This document shows positions 25,899 through 39,174 of a stretch of DNA of 64,000 nt, one piece after another. Origin of the DNA: Chlorokybus atmophyticus (Eukaryota > Plantae > Mesostigma and Chlorokybus algae). The first letter of the stretch is position 1, and each line of letters opens with the position of its first letter. Both the position numbers and the translations under genes were made by a program. The notes below the pieces were generated by a model. The model was not told the DNA's origin. It saw nothing but the letters and a program-made list of their open reading frames with translations, and made no database searches. The stretch is from contig RHPI01001116.1 in assembly GCA_009103225.1 (NCBI GenBank), forward strand, positions 968,861 to 1,032,860, written 5' to 3'.

Positions 25899-28800
25899 AT
25901 GGGCGGCATGGCTCGCATGGGGAGGGCGCTGTCTGAGGATGACGAGGAAGAGGAGATGGATGACCAGGAGGACGATGAGCAGTATGAGAAGGAGATGTTG
26001 TTAGGAGAGGGTGACGAGCAGGATGAGGAGTTGGAGGACATGCAGGAGCATGAACAGGACGAGCAAGAGGGGGAGGAGGAGGAGGAGGAGGAGGAGGAGG
26101 ACGAGGACGAGGGTGAGGATGAGGAGGATGTTGATGCAAACAAAAATAAGCATGACAATGCAGACAAAGAGGCTGGTGTGCCTGCTGTCAGCTCTTCGGC
26201 GTACGTCGACGCCGGCATACGCGCCAGGCTTGTAACGGCTGAGGCTACGGCACCGCTGTTCTCTTTGGGGTTGCCAGCAGCAGTCACTGCCCCTGCTTTG
26301 GCGTATGATGCCGAGAAGGATAGCGCCCAGCCTGAATTTGGAAAAATTCCTCAAACAAAGCAGGTCCTTGTGCTAGGACAGGCAAGCGAAACACTGCGAC
26401 AAGTGCTGCAAGACTTGGACTCGGGCGACACAGACACCATTATGTCAGGTGCTGAAAGGAATTGAGTGCGCTGTGCCAATGCATTCACATTCACACAAGT
26501 TTGAGATGCTTGATATATTGTTTGCATAATTTAGTTTGAACAGATCAAGCATGCACACTAGCACATGCACCCGGCTTGTGCTTGTGCTAATGCATGATTA
26601 CGTGCTGCATGCATTGACGCATGCAGGCAGTCTCCTGCTCGGGCGAGAGGTTGATTTAGACTGCTTGCAGTGGACAACTGTTTGGCATGTAGCTACTTGC
26701 ATTTGAGTGCATGCCTTGTGGTGTATGTTAGCTGTGGCTCTTCTGGTTTATTCAGCCGCATACAACATGCTGTGTCCGAGCAGGTCTCGCGGCGTTCCGC
26801 AACAGCATTTTGTCCGATGAGACCTCCGCCATCTTGCAGGAGTACTTGTCGTTGTCACCAGATTGCGCTGAGCTTGACACTCTCTGGGACGCGCTTCACG
26901 CGGTATGTTCTGTTGGCTTCCACTGCCGCGTGACACGCTTATCAATGTATGGTACAGGCTGTCATACACCAACCTTTCATGCAGGCGAGCATTCACAGAG
27001 CAACTGTCCCGCTATACCTGCTGATCGCCAGCATGTGCAACTGGAAAGTTGATGCAAAGGGAAGCTCCCAGTTGTTGGCTGCAGGTCTGCAGATTGACAC
27101 CTTTGCACGCAAGGTAAACACTAGCACCGTGTATTAAACCGGCTTTCTTTAATAAAACCTCATGGGCGGGGGAGTGCAGTCTGGTTTCAACCGCCTTCAG
27201 GATTACTCTACATTTTCAGCTGCCCTCAGTGCTTAACAAGTTGGCATCATGTTTGCTTTTCAACCCCTGCTAGGATCAGTCCTAGCACGCATGCCATTGT
27301 ATCAAGGACAATCAACACAGCTTTTTGGCGAGCCTGTGCGTTGTTACTCCATGTGCTGCAACTCTCTTGACGTTTGCAGATACTGCGACGCCACATGAAG
27401 CAACTGTACAGCCATCTGTCCAGCAACCAGCGGCCTCGCGTAAACTCGGCACTTGCACTTCTTGTGGCATTTGTGTCGCGGAACCGTACGGTACGTCTAC
27501 CTCCTGCATGCATGCATTGTTCAGTGTGAAGGCAACATTACGCATGCATGCATTGTTCCGTGTCGGCAACACCATGTACAGCCATTGTCCAGTAGTGCAC
27601 ACACAGTTCTACAATTCAGGCCTGACAGCATGTTGTTCAACACAGCTTGCAAGAGAGGTTGCGGCATCTTTCAACTTCACCCTCTCAGCCATTACGCGAA
27701 TAGCTGCGCCCCCTTCCAAGCAGGCCGCTAGCAGTGCAAACCCTGAGGACCCACTGCGATTGTCAACACGTGCCATGCTGTGGAAGCTTGGTACGACTCT
27801 GTGCTGTGCTCTCACTGCGGATCGGGTCAGTGCAGTGTTGGTTGGGCAAGTACCAACTTGTGTGTCCACCCTTTCAACACTGACCCAAAGCAAAAACAAA
27901 CTGTGGCTAGACACCATGCTGCTATTTTGGCTGCATGGTCACTGCCACAGCCACATTGCCATGTGTAATGCTGGCACCAGGCTTGAGCAGGTTCTCAGTG
28001 TTGTCTTTTGCAGGTTTGTGTTTATTACGAAGCGGGGACGCAGTTCTCACCAGGAGCATGTTGAATAAGCGAACACTGTATGGACCTCTCATCCACCGCA
28101 TATCAAGCGACTCGGATAAGTCAGTACTTGATGTGCTGCACACCTTGGAACGGCATGTGCTATCGGCCGGTGCTGCTGTTCCGGCCAGGCTTCAAGCCAT
28201 ATTCTTTGATGACACCTTTGTGGAGCAACTTGCTCAAGTGACGGCCGCTGAGGGTGTTGAGTCAGATGTGTCTAGTGCGGCACTAGATTTGCTCTCCCGG
28301 CTGCTCACATCTCCCATGCATGGAATCTGTCCCACGCAAGATGCTGCACTTGAACCTGAACAGCAGCTCAAAACCAAGGCTACGAAAGGCAGCCGCCACA
28401 CTCGCTTGCTGGTCAAGCTCAAAGCCACAGAAGTTAAGCAGCATGCTGGCATTGTGCTGAAAGCTGCAGCGGTGCATCCCGCAATAGCCAGGGCGTATTT
28501 GGAGGCACTGCCTTACTCTCTGGAGCCCCGAGCGTCCATGCGGTGGTAAGTGTCATACAAAGTGTCATGACTGGCTGTTTGTGCCATTGCTGCTATCCAG
28601 CAAGTTGAGGTGTATGAAGCGTCGTTGTTGCACAACTAGGTTTGCAGCCATGTCTTTGGTCGGTAAAGTCTTGCAGCTGGCGCACGAGGCGCCTGACTTC
28701 CGTCGCCTCGCGCAACAGGGGACTGCCCCGCCTCCCCTGGGAAGTACGGAAGTCCGTGGATTGCTTCGGAAATTGTCACCACCATGCCTGCCGAAAGCGC

Positions 28801-31800
28801 TCTTAAGCAGAGGGGTGCAACACAGCAGTCCTGTGGTAAAGGTGAGGTTTACCTCTGATCGAGTACTTACGGATGATAGCTGAGTTGCACTTGTATATAC
28901 TTGTGGCATCCAGCTAAACTTGTGCAACATCTGCAGTATGTCACTGTATGCGTATTGCTTCAACTCTTCAAAGGGATTGCGGCAGCTCTTGATGCCATCA
29001 AGCAAGCTACATCCGGCGATGGTTCCAGCATAGCAGGCTCTGATCATCCTCGTGATGATCAGTGGCAGTCGTTTGGTCGCAGCATTGCTTTGGCATTGCG
29101 AGCATACCTTCCCGATCCACAAACACTGCTCGCCTTGCATGCCTGGGTGGAATCCAAGGAGAGAGTTGATAGCACTGCACAGTCTACCAATCTTGATGAT
29201 ACCCAAAACAACGCTGGTGACAACATTGGGCGTGGAGCATTGCAGTTGCTGCATACTCGCCTTGTGGAGCTGCTTGCACAGTACCAGGTAATTTGTTACT
29301 ATCAGGCTGTGAATTGGTGGTAGTTTCAACCTTGTGCCATGGATGCATAATCGGTCACGGTGTTTGTACCTTTTGATTCTCGATGCGTGTCCTGTATATG
29401 TGGTTTTGTTAGCTGACTTGTTTTTGGCAGATGTACCTCCCAGAGGCTATGCTGGATGCCAAGTTTGATGCAACGCGCTTGCTGCCGGCTGACCCGAGGT
29501 CGATCTCAGTGCCACTGCAGCATGCCGTGCTGAAGGTTGTTGCTGCTGCTGTAATTGATGGGTCCCATAATGCTTATGCAGGTGAGTAGGCTCATTTTAC
29601 AGCTGTAAGGTACAGCTGCTTGTGCCGCATAAGTGACTGCTACAGCACTTAATGCTAGTTTTCATTTGCTCCAGGGACTGGAAACACAGGTTGTCTGTTG
29701 CCATTGTTGAGGTTGCTTATGTCCACAAAAGCTCCTGAAGTTAGATATCAGGCACGCTCCATTGCACAGCACTTATTGGTCAGCCTGGGAGATTTTGCTC
29801 CTGGATCTCTGGAACCTTTACTCTGGCTGGAGCACCTGCCCTCCTCACAACTGCCTGATGAAGCTGCCGATCAACAGCTCAAAGCGGCGGCGCCAGCAGC
29901 AGGTGCCAGGTTTGTTGCTGTGCCCTTGGAACGTGAAAAGCACAAGGTTGACATTAAAATCGTTTTCACCCACCAGTTGTTTGCAGATGCCGTTGCAGTG
30001 TTCTTGGCAACAGCTGTAACTACCGTTGTGAGGAAGCCATACAAGTACCTCAGTGGGATGCAGACAATGTTGCAAGCGACTTGTCCAGAAGTGAACGAGC
30101 TTTCTCAGCTAGAATTTGGGACATTGGTGTTGGTAGCATTGGAGAGCTGCGCCAAGGTGCTGCAGTCGAACTCCATGACTATAACTCAGCGCACATCCGT
30201 CGGCTGCTATGTTGCTGGAGTTTTAGCTGCACTGATCCAGGTTCAGGTAGGCAACACACTGACTCTATTCGCTTCTCCATTCATCTCTCATCTCACAACA
30301 ATGTGTGCCCTTGCACATATCCTGCAGGGCATACCAAAGCATCTGTCATCAGTTGTGACGAGTGTTTTGTCACCTTTGCTGGTGGACAGCACCAAGCATG
30401 ACTTTGCTTGGTTGCCATTGTCGGAGCTGCGTCACTTTGCGTCTTCCATTCTTAGCAATGCTCCCAGCCAGGTTTCTTCAGACAGTGGTGATGTAGAGAG
30501 CACGCGCGCTGTTCTTGCAAGTCTGCCAGCTCTCCGGGCTGCTGATCAAGGTCCGGAGGCAGATTACGCATACAGTCACGCATTGAGCGCCGCTTTGCTA
30601 TCCTCCACACCCGACACGGTGTCAATTCTCCTCCCACAAACTGCAGAGGCCTGCACCCATTTACCTGGGAAGAACTTCGCACCGTTGAAGCAGTATTGCC
30701 TTGGGCATCCCATGTTTCAGTTCCAGCGTAACCATCTGGTCCAAGCTGTGCAGCTGCTAGGTGACGAGGATGTTCCGAAAGGAATGCATTCGCAGGCACT
30801 TCAGACAGCATCTGTTGCCCAGTTCTTGCTGTCAATGTCACTTCTGCAGTGGACAACCATCCTCGCCAAGTCGACTGATAGCTCTCTGCCGGTGATTGCC
30901 TTTCCCGCTCTGTCGTCTTTGGCACAGCGTGTACCGGATGAGCTTCGTCCTCTTTGCGCAAGGATGCTCTTGTTCTGGATGGCACGGATATCATTGCTGA
31001 TGACGGATGACATCACCAACCATCTGCGGGCTTGCTTCAGTCTGCTCGAGGTTCTGATGTTTAGAGCGCACGGTTCTGCAGCTTCTGACACTACTGCTGT
31101 CCCGCAAGTGACGTTGATGCCGGACTTGCAACTGCTCCAAACAGTGCTCAAGCACCCCTTCTTGTTGCGCACGTTTTGCGCCGCCCCGACAGATTCACAT
31201 ATCGTTCGTATGCCAGCTCAGCAAGCTGTCATTGACCTGCATGTTGCATCCCTTGTGCAACGGCTTCTGAAGACCTGTGTATCTATCAGCACACATGGCG
31301 GGTCGGCTTTTCATGACTTTGTGCAGCTATGCAAAAGCCTGTGTGCTCCATACGTGCAATGCGCCGTTGCCGGCTTGATATATGCATTGGAGCGGGGAGC
31401 TCTCCTTCAAGACATGCCCGCGGGGTTGCCGCCCCATCTGCTCTGTGGTTATGCGCTTGCAGAGCATAGCTCGCCTGACATGTTGAGCAGGTTGCTGCGG
31501 TTTGTGTTTCCCATGAAAAGCAATGTGGCATCTCGCAAGGCCGCTTATACTTCTCTGGCTCTCCAGTTAGCACACGCAGTGTCGCAGTCAGATGCTGCTA
31601 TCGTTGGAGATATGGTACCTGTTGCTTATAAAGGCGCGCTGCAGCTGTTCAACACTGTACCAGCCTCGCCCTCAGCTTCAGAGTGTCTGCTTGGTTTTCT
31701 GCTGAACTCTTCATATGACCTAGCCGCTGTTACACCACTAGCGTCGCTGCACTCCGCCAGTATGCATCCGCAGAGCGTAACCACTGCGATTGTCGTTCAC

Positions 31801-34800
31801 CTCATGAAGAGTTCAAGGGCCTTCTTCATGAAGTTTGCTGAGACCATGCAGAAAACACCACAAGCCACTCCAATACTTCTTCCTGCTGTTGACACATGGC
31901 TGGCGTTGCGAGACAGCAACGGTGAGGAAGCTTCATCATGGGTTGAACAGTTGGTGAGCCGTCTGGCATTGGGTACAGATTGGGCCCATGGAGTTGCAGC
32001 AGACCTGTTTCCATCATTGTTATCAGCACTTGAGCAATATCTGAAGCTGCAGCCCGATGCCTCCATCAGGTATGGCTTGTATTCTCTACAGGCTTTCTCT
32101 TATTTAACAAAGCATAACTGTAATTCGTCCTGGCAGGCGCAAACTCCTCAAGCGTGTGCTACCCGCCAAAGCATGGCCTGTCAATCAGCCTGTAGCTGCA
32201 CAGCAGTGCATGGAGCTTGCAGAACTGCTTGTCGCTGAGGGCGCTGATGAAACTCAGAGCACAGCAGTGGTGCGGTTATTGAAGGCAGCTATGGCATCCC
32301 TCGGTTTGGTATACAGCTCAAAGCGCCAGGAAATGCCTTCACCATCACAGAAGGCTTGTTTTGGGTCTACACTGCTGCGCAGTTTGGGTGCGCTGACCTT
32401 GTTGTAACTCTGATCTGCGCTGCTCACACTGTGTTTGTATATACTGTATTAACTGTTTGCGATGTATGATATGACTGGGGTCCGCACTTGCAGATAAAAC
32501 TTCTGCAATGCTATCATTGGAGTCTCTACAACACCTGGCTGTGACCACCGTCAAGTCCTACATTGTGGCTACTCTGCGATACCAATTCGGTTCTGCCAGC
32601 AGCCTCAGGGCATTGCGCAGGTTGCTGCAGCAGTTGCTGCGACTGTTGAAGGTATGCTTGTATACGAGGGGAGTATCAAGCCTTGCACAGCTTCTTACGC
32701 TTCATCTGCAAACATTGATATGCATCAGTGCTGTTGCACTGCACTGGCTGTGCTGCATCCGGAGTAAGATTTAGACTCCTTACAGGATGGCAGCAGTGCG
32801 CTTGTCCAGCAGTATGCGGAGGCCGCGGCTGAAGCTGTGGAGCTGGTCACATCCCACTCTCAGTTTGTTCATGCGATGTTCTCCTCTCCCGCGCCAGCAG
32901 TGCCCGCCTTGGCAAGGGTTAGCTCCGGTTCATTCTCCAGCTTCCTGCCTTTGGCTGACTTCTTGGGCTCACAGCAGCCAAGAAGGTGCGCTACATACCT
33001 TTGTCTCTCTATCTGTACCTCTGTTGTCGTCAGTGCAGGCTCCTGAGTTGGCATGCATGCAGTCATGTGGCACCGGCCTTGGGGCATGACCCGTCTGGAG
33101 GGGGAGCCAAGTGCAAGCTAGAGTTGGTTCAGCTGTTACGTGTGCTGCTCACGCTGCGCAGCTGTCACGCCGCTCCTATGGACAAGCTCGACGCGCACCT
33201 GCTGCCGCTGCTGCTCGCAGCATACAGCGGGACGGTGTCCACGCTGGATTGCTGCCTGCTGGATCTGATACTCACCGTGGACATGGTAAACGGCGGTGGT
33301 GGACTCGTGGCTCACAGCTACTTATTCGGAGAGGCCGCCAAGCAGGCGCATGTTGAGTCGGGAGCTGAGACAGACCTTCAACACGGAACTTCTGATGCTG
33401 CTATGCAGTCGGGGCAATTTCGCGAGTTGGCTCCCATTGATGCCGCACGTTGCGGGCTCACTTGTGCATATTTCCCACGTGAACGTGACATTCCCGCTGC
33501 TCCGCCTTTGCTCGACCATGACATGATACCCGAACCTGTTGTAGGCTCAGAAGAAGGTCAGTGCTGGTGGCTGTGTTCTGGCATGCTTTCAACAGTGCTT
33601 TTGATAGTGGTCTCCAATGACGTAATTGTCGATGCAGAGTTGAGGCAGTGTGCGTACGATCCCTCGTTTCTGCTGCCAGCAGCCGCGCACGCTCTCACGC
33701 ACAAGCTCATTGAGGCGTCTGATTTTGCCAAAGGGGGTTTGCTGTCTGTCACATTGTGTGCGCTGGCCAGTAAGAATCAGGGCATCCGCATGGTGGCGTA
33801 TGAGCTGTTGGGGCTGTATATGGAACTGCTGGAGGTACTGCTTTGCCACTGCTTTTATGCATTAAGCATGTGGAGTTAATAGCTCACAAATCCATTCGGC
33901 CGGTCTGCTAGCAGGCTCAAGAGATAACAAGTGAGCAGGCTGATGAACACACGCCGCAGCGAAGCAGTTTCAAAGAGCGTTTGCAGGTATGCATGCATCA
34001 GCATGCGTCAACTGGTGCAACCAAGACATGTGCGCGCGTGTCATGCAAGCAGTGTGTGATGGGTTGGGTTGTTGTTAATCTTCTCAGGTTAGCATGCTGT
34101 TGGACTGCTTGAAAGCCGCCATAACAGACTCATTCCAGCGCGTGCCCGCCATCACGGCCACGTTTGCCGCGGAGGCTGTGTTGGTCCTGCAGCATCCTGA
34201 GCATCCCCTGTGCACAACAATCTACAAGTTTTTGGCCAAGAAGCCCGCATTAGACTTGCATGACGTGCCTCTGTTCCTGCCTCTGCTTCACAGCGGATCG
34301 CCCAAACACCGCGCGGAGCGCCTGTGGCTGCTGCGCCTGCTACTGGCGTCCACGCAGTCGGCCAAAGACGGCGCTGTGTTCCGACGACGCTTTGTCTTTG
34401 AGCTGCTTGCCAGCTTCGTGGACTCATCGTTGTGTGATGCATTCCAAAGGCGACTCATCTTGCAGGTTGGCATGTCAACAGCTGTGTGTTGGCTGTTCAG
34501 CACTATCAACTTGTGCGTCCTGTCGCACTTTTGTTGGTGGAAGCACTGTTACATGCTGAGCTGACCACTTACTGGTGGAATCCTGTATGTAGACAGTGTG
34601 CAAAGCGACACGCATCCCAACCTGTGCGCTGGATCTAGTGGCGAATGCGGGCTTGCTGCAGTGGCTCCTCAGCAGCGCAGAGACCGCGCTTGGCGCATGC
34701 CATGCTGGCGAAATTTCTCACAATGAAGCTGTCACGACCATTGGCTTGGTGGTTCGGTCGCTTCAGGAGCTGATAAATCTGAAGCCGCTGAGACGCACCG

Positions 34801-36305
34801 ACACGGCCATGGAGCACGTACACAGCTTCGCTCACAGCGCAGTCAAGCTGCTGACGGCTTTAGGTAACATGTGGTCTGTCTTTTCCATTGGTCATGAGGC
34901 CAGTAACAATCTTGCTGCACCATAGAGTCAATCCTGCTACTGAGTGGTTAGTATAGTGTGGCTTGCACGCTGTGACATATTTCGTTTTGCCTGAATGGTG
35001 TCTGCATACCATCACGACATTGCCACCTGGTTCAAGGATGCATACTGGCTATGTGGTGAATCAACTCGACATGTGGCAGTGTCACGGACGACACCTCAAG
35101 ACGTTGTTGCCGGCGTAAGCGAGTGCGTGCTTCAGTATGCCGCATCCGTGTACAAGACGCATCAGCGGCACCGCTTCGCAGAGTGCCTCACTCTTCCCCT
35201 ACCTCTTGCAACCGATGTGATTGCGCACTTTGACTCGCATCAACAACTACTCGTGCTGGAGCTTCTGCTCAGTGCGCGGCCGCCCGGAAAGGCCGCTGCT
35301 ACAACGCAAGCTGGATTTCTATCAGAAATTCTGCATTGGGTTCTGAGTACCGCAGCAGCGCAACCTGAGAGTGACAACAAAGCACCAGCCGGCACACAGC
35401 TGACAAAGAAAGAAAGTTGGGCTGAAAAGGCGCTTCGTTGGGCAGCGGCCGCCTTGGCTGCTGGAGGGCCTGTGCTGGTGTTGAAGCTGGTAGGTGTTGA
35501 TGTGTTTGTGTCTTCATTTTGGCCGAGCATGTTGGGTGCATGTGTTGGCCAACGTGTTGTGGTGAGTTGTGGTTCAGGAGCCCCAGTTCAATGCGCTATT
35601 GCAAGCACTACTGAAAGCCCACGTCAGTGTTCCAGCCGCGCAGAGCATGCGAGCATTAACCCCGTTGGCAGCGGCATTGACGCTGCTCTCCGGGCCAAAG
35701 ATTGCTGGCAGCCTTGCCGCCGATGCCCTCATGATCTTGCTGGATGTCATTCCGCTACCATTGGAAGTTGATGAGAAGTTCAAGTGGCAGTTTGAAGCCA
35801 CTCGAACCCCAACAGAGCTCGACCGGTTTTATCAAAGCATTGCAAGCATAATTGTGCTTCTGCTGCGGGGGTCGCTTGCAGGTGGGTGCAAGGTAGCAAC
35901 CTTACCAGTGTACTTATGCGTGGTGCGTATGTTGAGTTGTGTGTTCTGGCAGGGGTGCATGACGACCAAACTCTGTATCTGATGCGGCGCTATTCAAGCG
36001 CATTACCAGATGCGCAAACAGAATGGCGCGCACGCCTAAGTGAAGTGTGTCGGCAAGTGGAAGAAGTGTTGCTGCGGATAGCGGGTTTGCCAACATCACC
36101 AGAATCATTGGCACGCAACAAAGTGAAAATTGCAAATGGACATCAGGATGCAACAACACCAGCTCCAAGCAATGATACAATTGTTGCCAAGCGTAAGGCC
36201 ATCAACCACCGAGTAGAGCAAAATGGAGTTACCGACAAGAAGCGCACAAAGTTTACTGGTCATCCCACATCGAAGCCGAATAGTTCAAAGCAGGCAGTCA
36301 ATTGA
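25899..36305 (+). CDS. URB1: Nucleolar pre-ribosomal-associated protein 1 (URB1/Npa1), multi-exon
   Basis: Acidic N-terminus, then long helical protein with TRSMLNKR, LEALPYSLEPRASMRW, YLPEAMLDAKFD, LLAAYSGTVSTLD, CAYDPSFLLP, LLDCLKAAIT..RVPAITATFAAEA, IYKFLAKKPALDLHDVPLF, RAERLWLLRLL (NopRA1-like); stop 36305. Confidence 0.85.
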
Positions 36306-36698
36306 TAGTCTCATGATGTTGCAACAATGGATGCACTCTATTGCAGTGATCAACTGCGCACTAGTTATCAGTGCAGCATGGTTGTAACTGAGTGCTTGCT
36401 GTGGTGTTCTCGTAATCCTGGCAATGTTTCGCGCTGTAACTACATCGATCGGATGTGCGAGTGTGTATGCAATTGAGATAAAAGTGGCATACATGAGAAA
36501 CAGCCTGCTCATCGTGCATGCTCACGCAACCAGCAAGCAGAGGCAGTGCTGCAGCATGTATATGCAAGCCGTGTAACATGCTTTACTCATCACAATGTAC
36601 CTATACACCTATACATATTGGATCCCACTGCCCTCAGCCACAACACACCACAACGTGGTTCCTCCCGCAGGTAGCGCAAGTCGCACAGTCGTTATGTA

Positions 36699-37782
36699 TC
36701 ACCCCATTCGCCACTGCATGGCGGGTCCGTCGCGGCCGGAATATTGTGGCGGTTCAGGTTTGGGTCTTGAGGACTGCTCTTCCTTGAGTCGGGCCACCTG
36801 GGCTGCGCTTTTGATGCCGCGCGACTCGTTCTGCTTCTGCCGCGCCTCTGCCGCCGCAAGCACGCGATCGCGCTGATCCGCCGCCGCCACCTCCGCTACA
36901 GCCTGTTGCTCGGCCAATCGCTCCTGCTTCGCCTACACAAGGTGCAACATGCACGAATCAGAGACATGCAAACAACACAGGTGGGGGGATGGTAGAAGTA
37001 GCAGGCTACGTGCGAATAGGCAGCATATAGGTGTGGCAGCCCGGTAAGCCATGCATGCGTGTTGAGGTGTGAGTGTGAACGTTAGTCAATGTCGTAAAGG
37101 TTGTGTATGCCACTCAGAACCAGCATGTGCAACGTATGCAAAGCATTCAAGTGCATGCTGGAGTTGTGCTTTCAATTTCCTGCAGACATGCATTCACACA
37201 AGCACGCACATGCACGTACGCACACATGTGCATGCACACCCATTACGCACGTACATGTGCCCCCACACACACACATGGACATGTGCGCATACGCATGTCT
37301 GTGCTTGCTTCTGCTTGCAACGCGCACGACAGGTGCATAGCTTGCTTACATATAAGCAGGCAGAGACAATGCCAGCGCCATACCGCAGCAATGTGCGGGT
37401 GCCTTCAGGCCATAATGGCCCGAAAGCACCCGCACGGCAGCACAATGATGACTGAAACCGCCCGTGCACATATTGGTTGATGGTGAACAAACTACAGTGT
37501 CAACTCTGCAGCTCAGATTAGTGTCAACTCAGCATAGATGCAGCTCACATGACCACGACAGAATACAACGAAGTAAAGCAGAGCCGGCCCTTTGGCACTT
37601 GCGGCCATTATGCATGGCACTTCACACCAAGCCCGCGTCATAAGTAACGCTCAGCCAAATTCTGCATGCGTGTGCGTGTGCGTACAAACCCTAAGGCGGC
37701 GGCAAACAACAAAAGGAAGTAAAACAGCGCCCTTCACAAGAAAGACGAGTAACCGCACCTCTGTGCTGCCGCAACAACCCAT
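36699..37782 (-). CDS. Small SVIP-like (small VCP/p97-interacting) lipid-anchored protein
   Basis: 24-nt first exon 37782-37759 (MGCCGSTE, GT donor) spliced in phase 0 to the exon from 36932 (AKQERLAEQQ..RDRVLAAAEARQKQNESRGIKS..DGPAMQWRMG*). The pattern resembles SVIP (MG-C start, AAERRQK..SRG, terminal G.L.W). Confidence 0.7.
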
Positions 37783-39060
37783 CGCCCGGAGCTGAAAACC
37801 AAGACGCTCCTGAACACAACGGCTTTGACGGCGAGCGCCAGCGCCACGGCCGCCGCCGCAACGAGCACCGCCGCCTCCGCCGCCACCTTTGCCGCCGCCG
37901 CCGCTGCTGCGGCAGGAAATACACGTGTCGCTTGCTGATGCGTGGTAGAGACCGGGGCCAAAAAACGCGACGTTGCGAACAGTTCGAATCGCGCGGGAAA
38001 GCTGCTGTTCTGACCTCAGATCACCATGGACATGAAGCGCTTGCTACTACTACCAAATGAATCTGCTCTCCGTCACGGTGTACAGCCAACTCTTTTTGCA
38101 TAGACAATTGGGCCTGCGTACCCGGTGGATGTTAATGGCGACATTTCACATGCATTTGCAACACATTCCACACGCATACCGTATTTATGCGAATACAACC
38201 CCCTCTTACCCCCCCCCCCCCCCCCNNNNNNNNNNNNNNNNNNNNCCCCCCCCCCCATTCGAAAGGGGGCGTTTCAAGCGCGCAGAGAGGGGTCCATTTG
38301 CACAAATACAGTAGGCTTGCAATTATTGGATGCAAGAGATCATGCTCAACCGCACACGCATGCACCAGCAAAAAGTGAGGCGACAAGAAACAATAAGTAC
38401 AGGCAATTAGCAAAAAAGCAGGGGCAATCATTGGTTTACATGCACCAGTCCAAGTGCATGCAAGGCGAGGCGTGACAAGTGAACATGACACAGGCACTGC
38501 AAGGTTCAATCGACATGTAGGCCTAGGGTAAATGTCCCTAACTTGGGGAGATTTTGAGGTTTTAAGGGTGTAGCGGGCGGGGTAGTTGTTATTTGGCGGA
38601 CATGTATGTGTGTTTTGTGTAGCTTAGGTTTTTCCCTACACAGCCATATTTTTTTTGGATTTTATGACCCATCATAGCGTGAGATACAGCGCGCCAAAGT
38701 TGGGGTGTGAGGGGCGTCAGTTGAAAAGTCCTCAAGCCCTAACTTGGGGACTCGAGACAGCTGCCAAAGGGTGTCAGCCTGTGCCAGCCTTTGGTGATGG
38801 CTATCACCTTGCACTTCCGCAGCCATTTCGAAGCGGCTGGGGCCTGCTGTGGCAGGCTAGGGTGGCAGGCGCTTCACAACCTTGATTGCTGTGATGTGCA
38901 GGCCATCCCCTTGCAGGCATTCTTTGCCGGCAAGGCGTTGGCTTTGGCGGCAAACAATGCTCAGTCTCTGCAAGGTTGCATGCAAGGCGGCACTTGCATG
39001 AGGGAGTGGGCGTCCTGCTTAGAGGCGGCATGCATGAGGGAGCGGCATGCATGAGGTTCA

Positions 39061-39062
<2 letters not shown>

Positions 39063-39124
<62 letters not shown>
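39063..39124. repeat. (GT)n microsatellite inside the pogo element
   Basis: Directly visible ~31 GT units. Confidence 0.97.
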
Positions 39125-39126
<2 letters not shown>

Positions 39127-39174
39127 AAGGAATGAGAGTGAAGCAGCTGTTCCTGTCTACCTAGTCCTAGCTGT

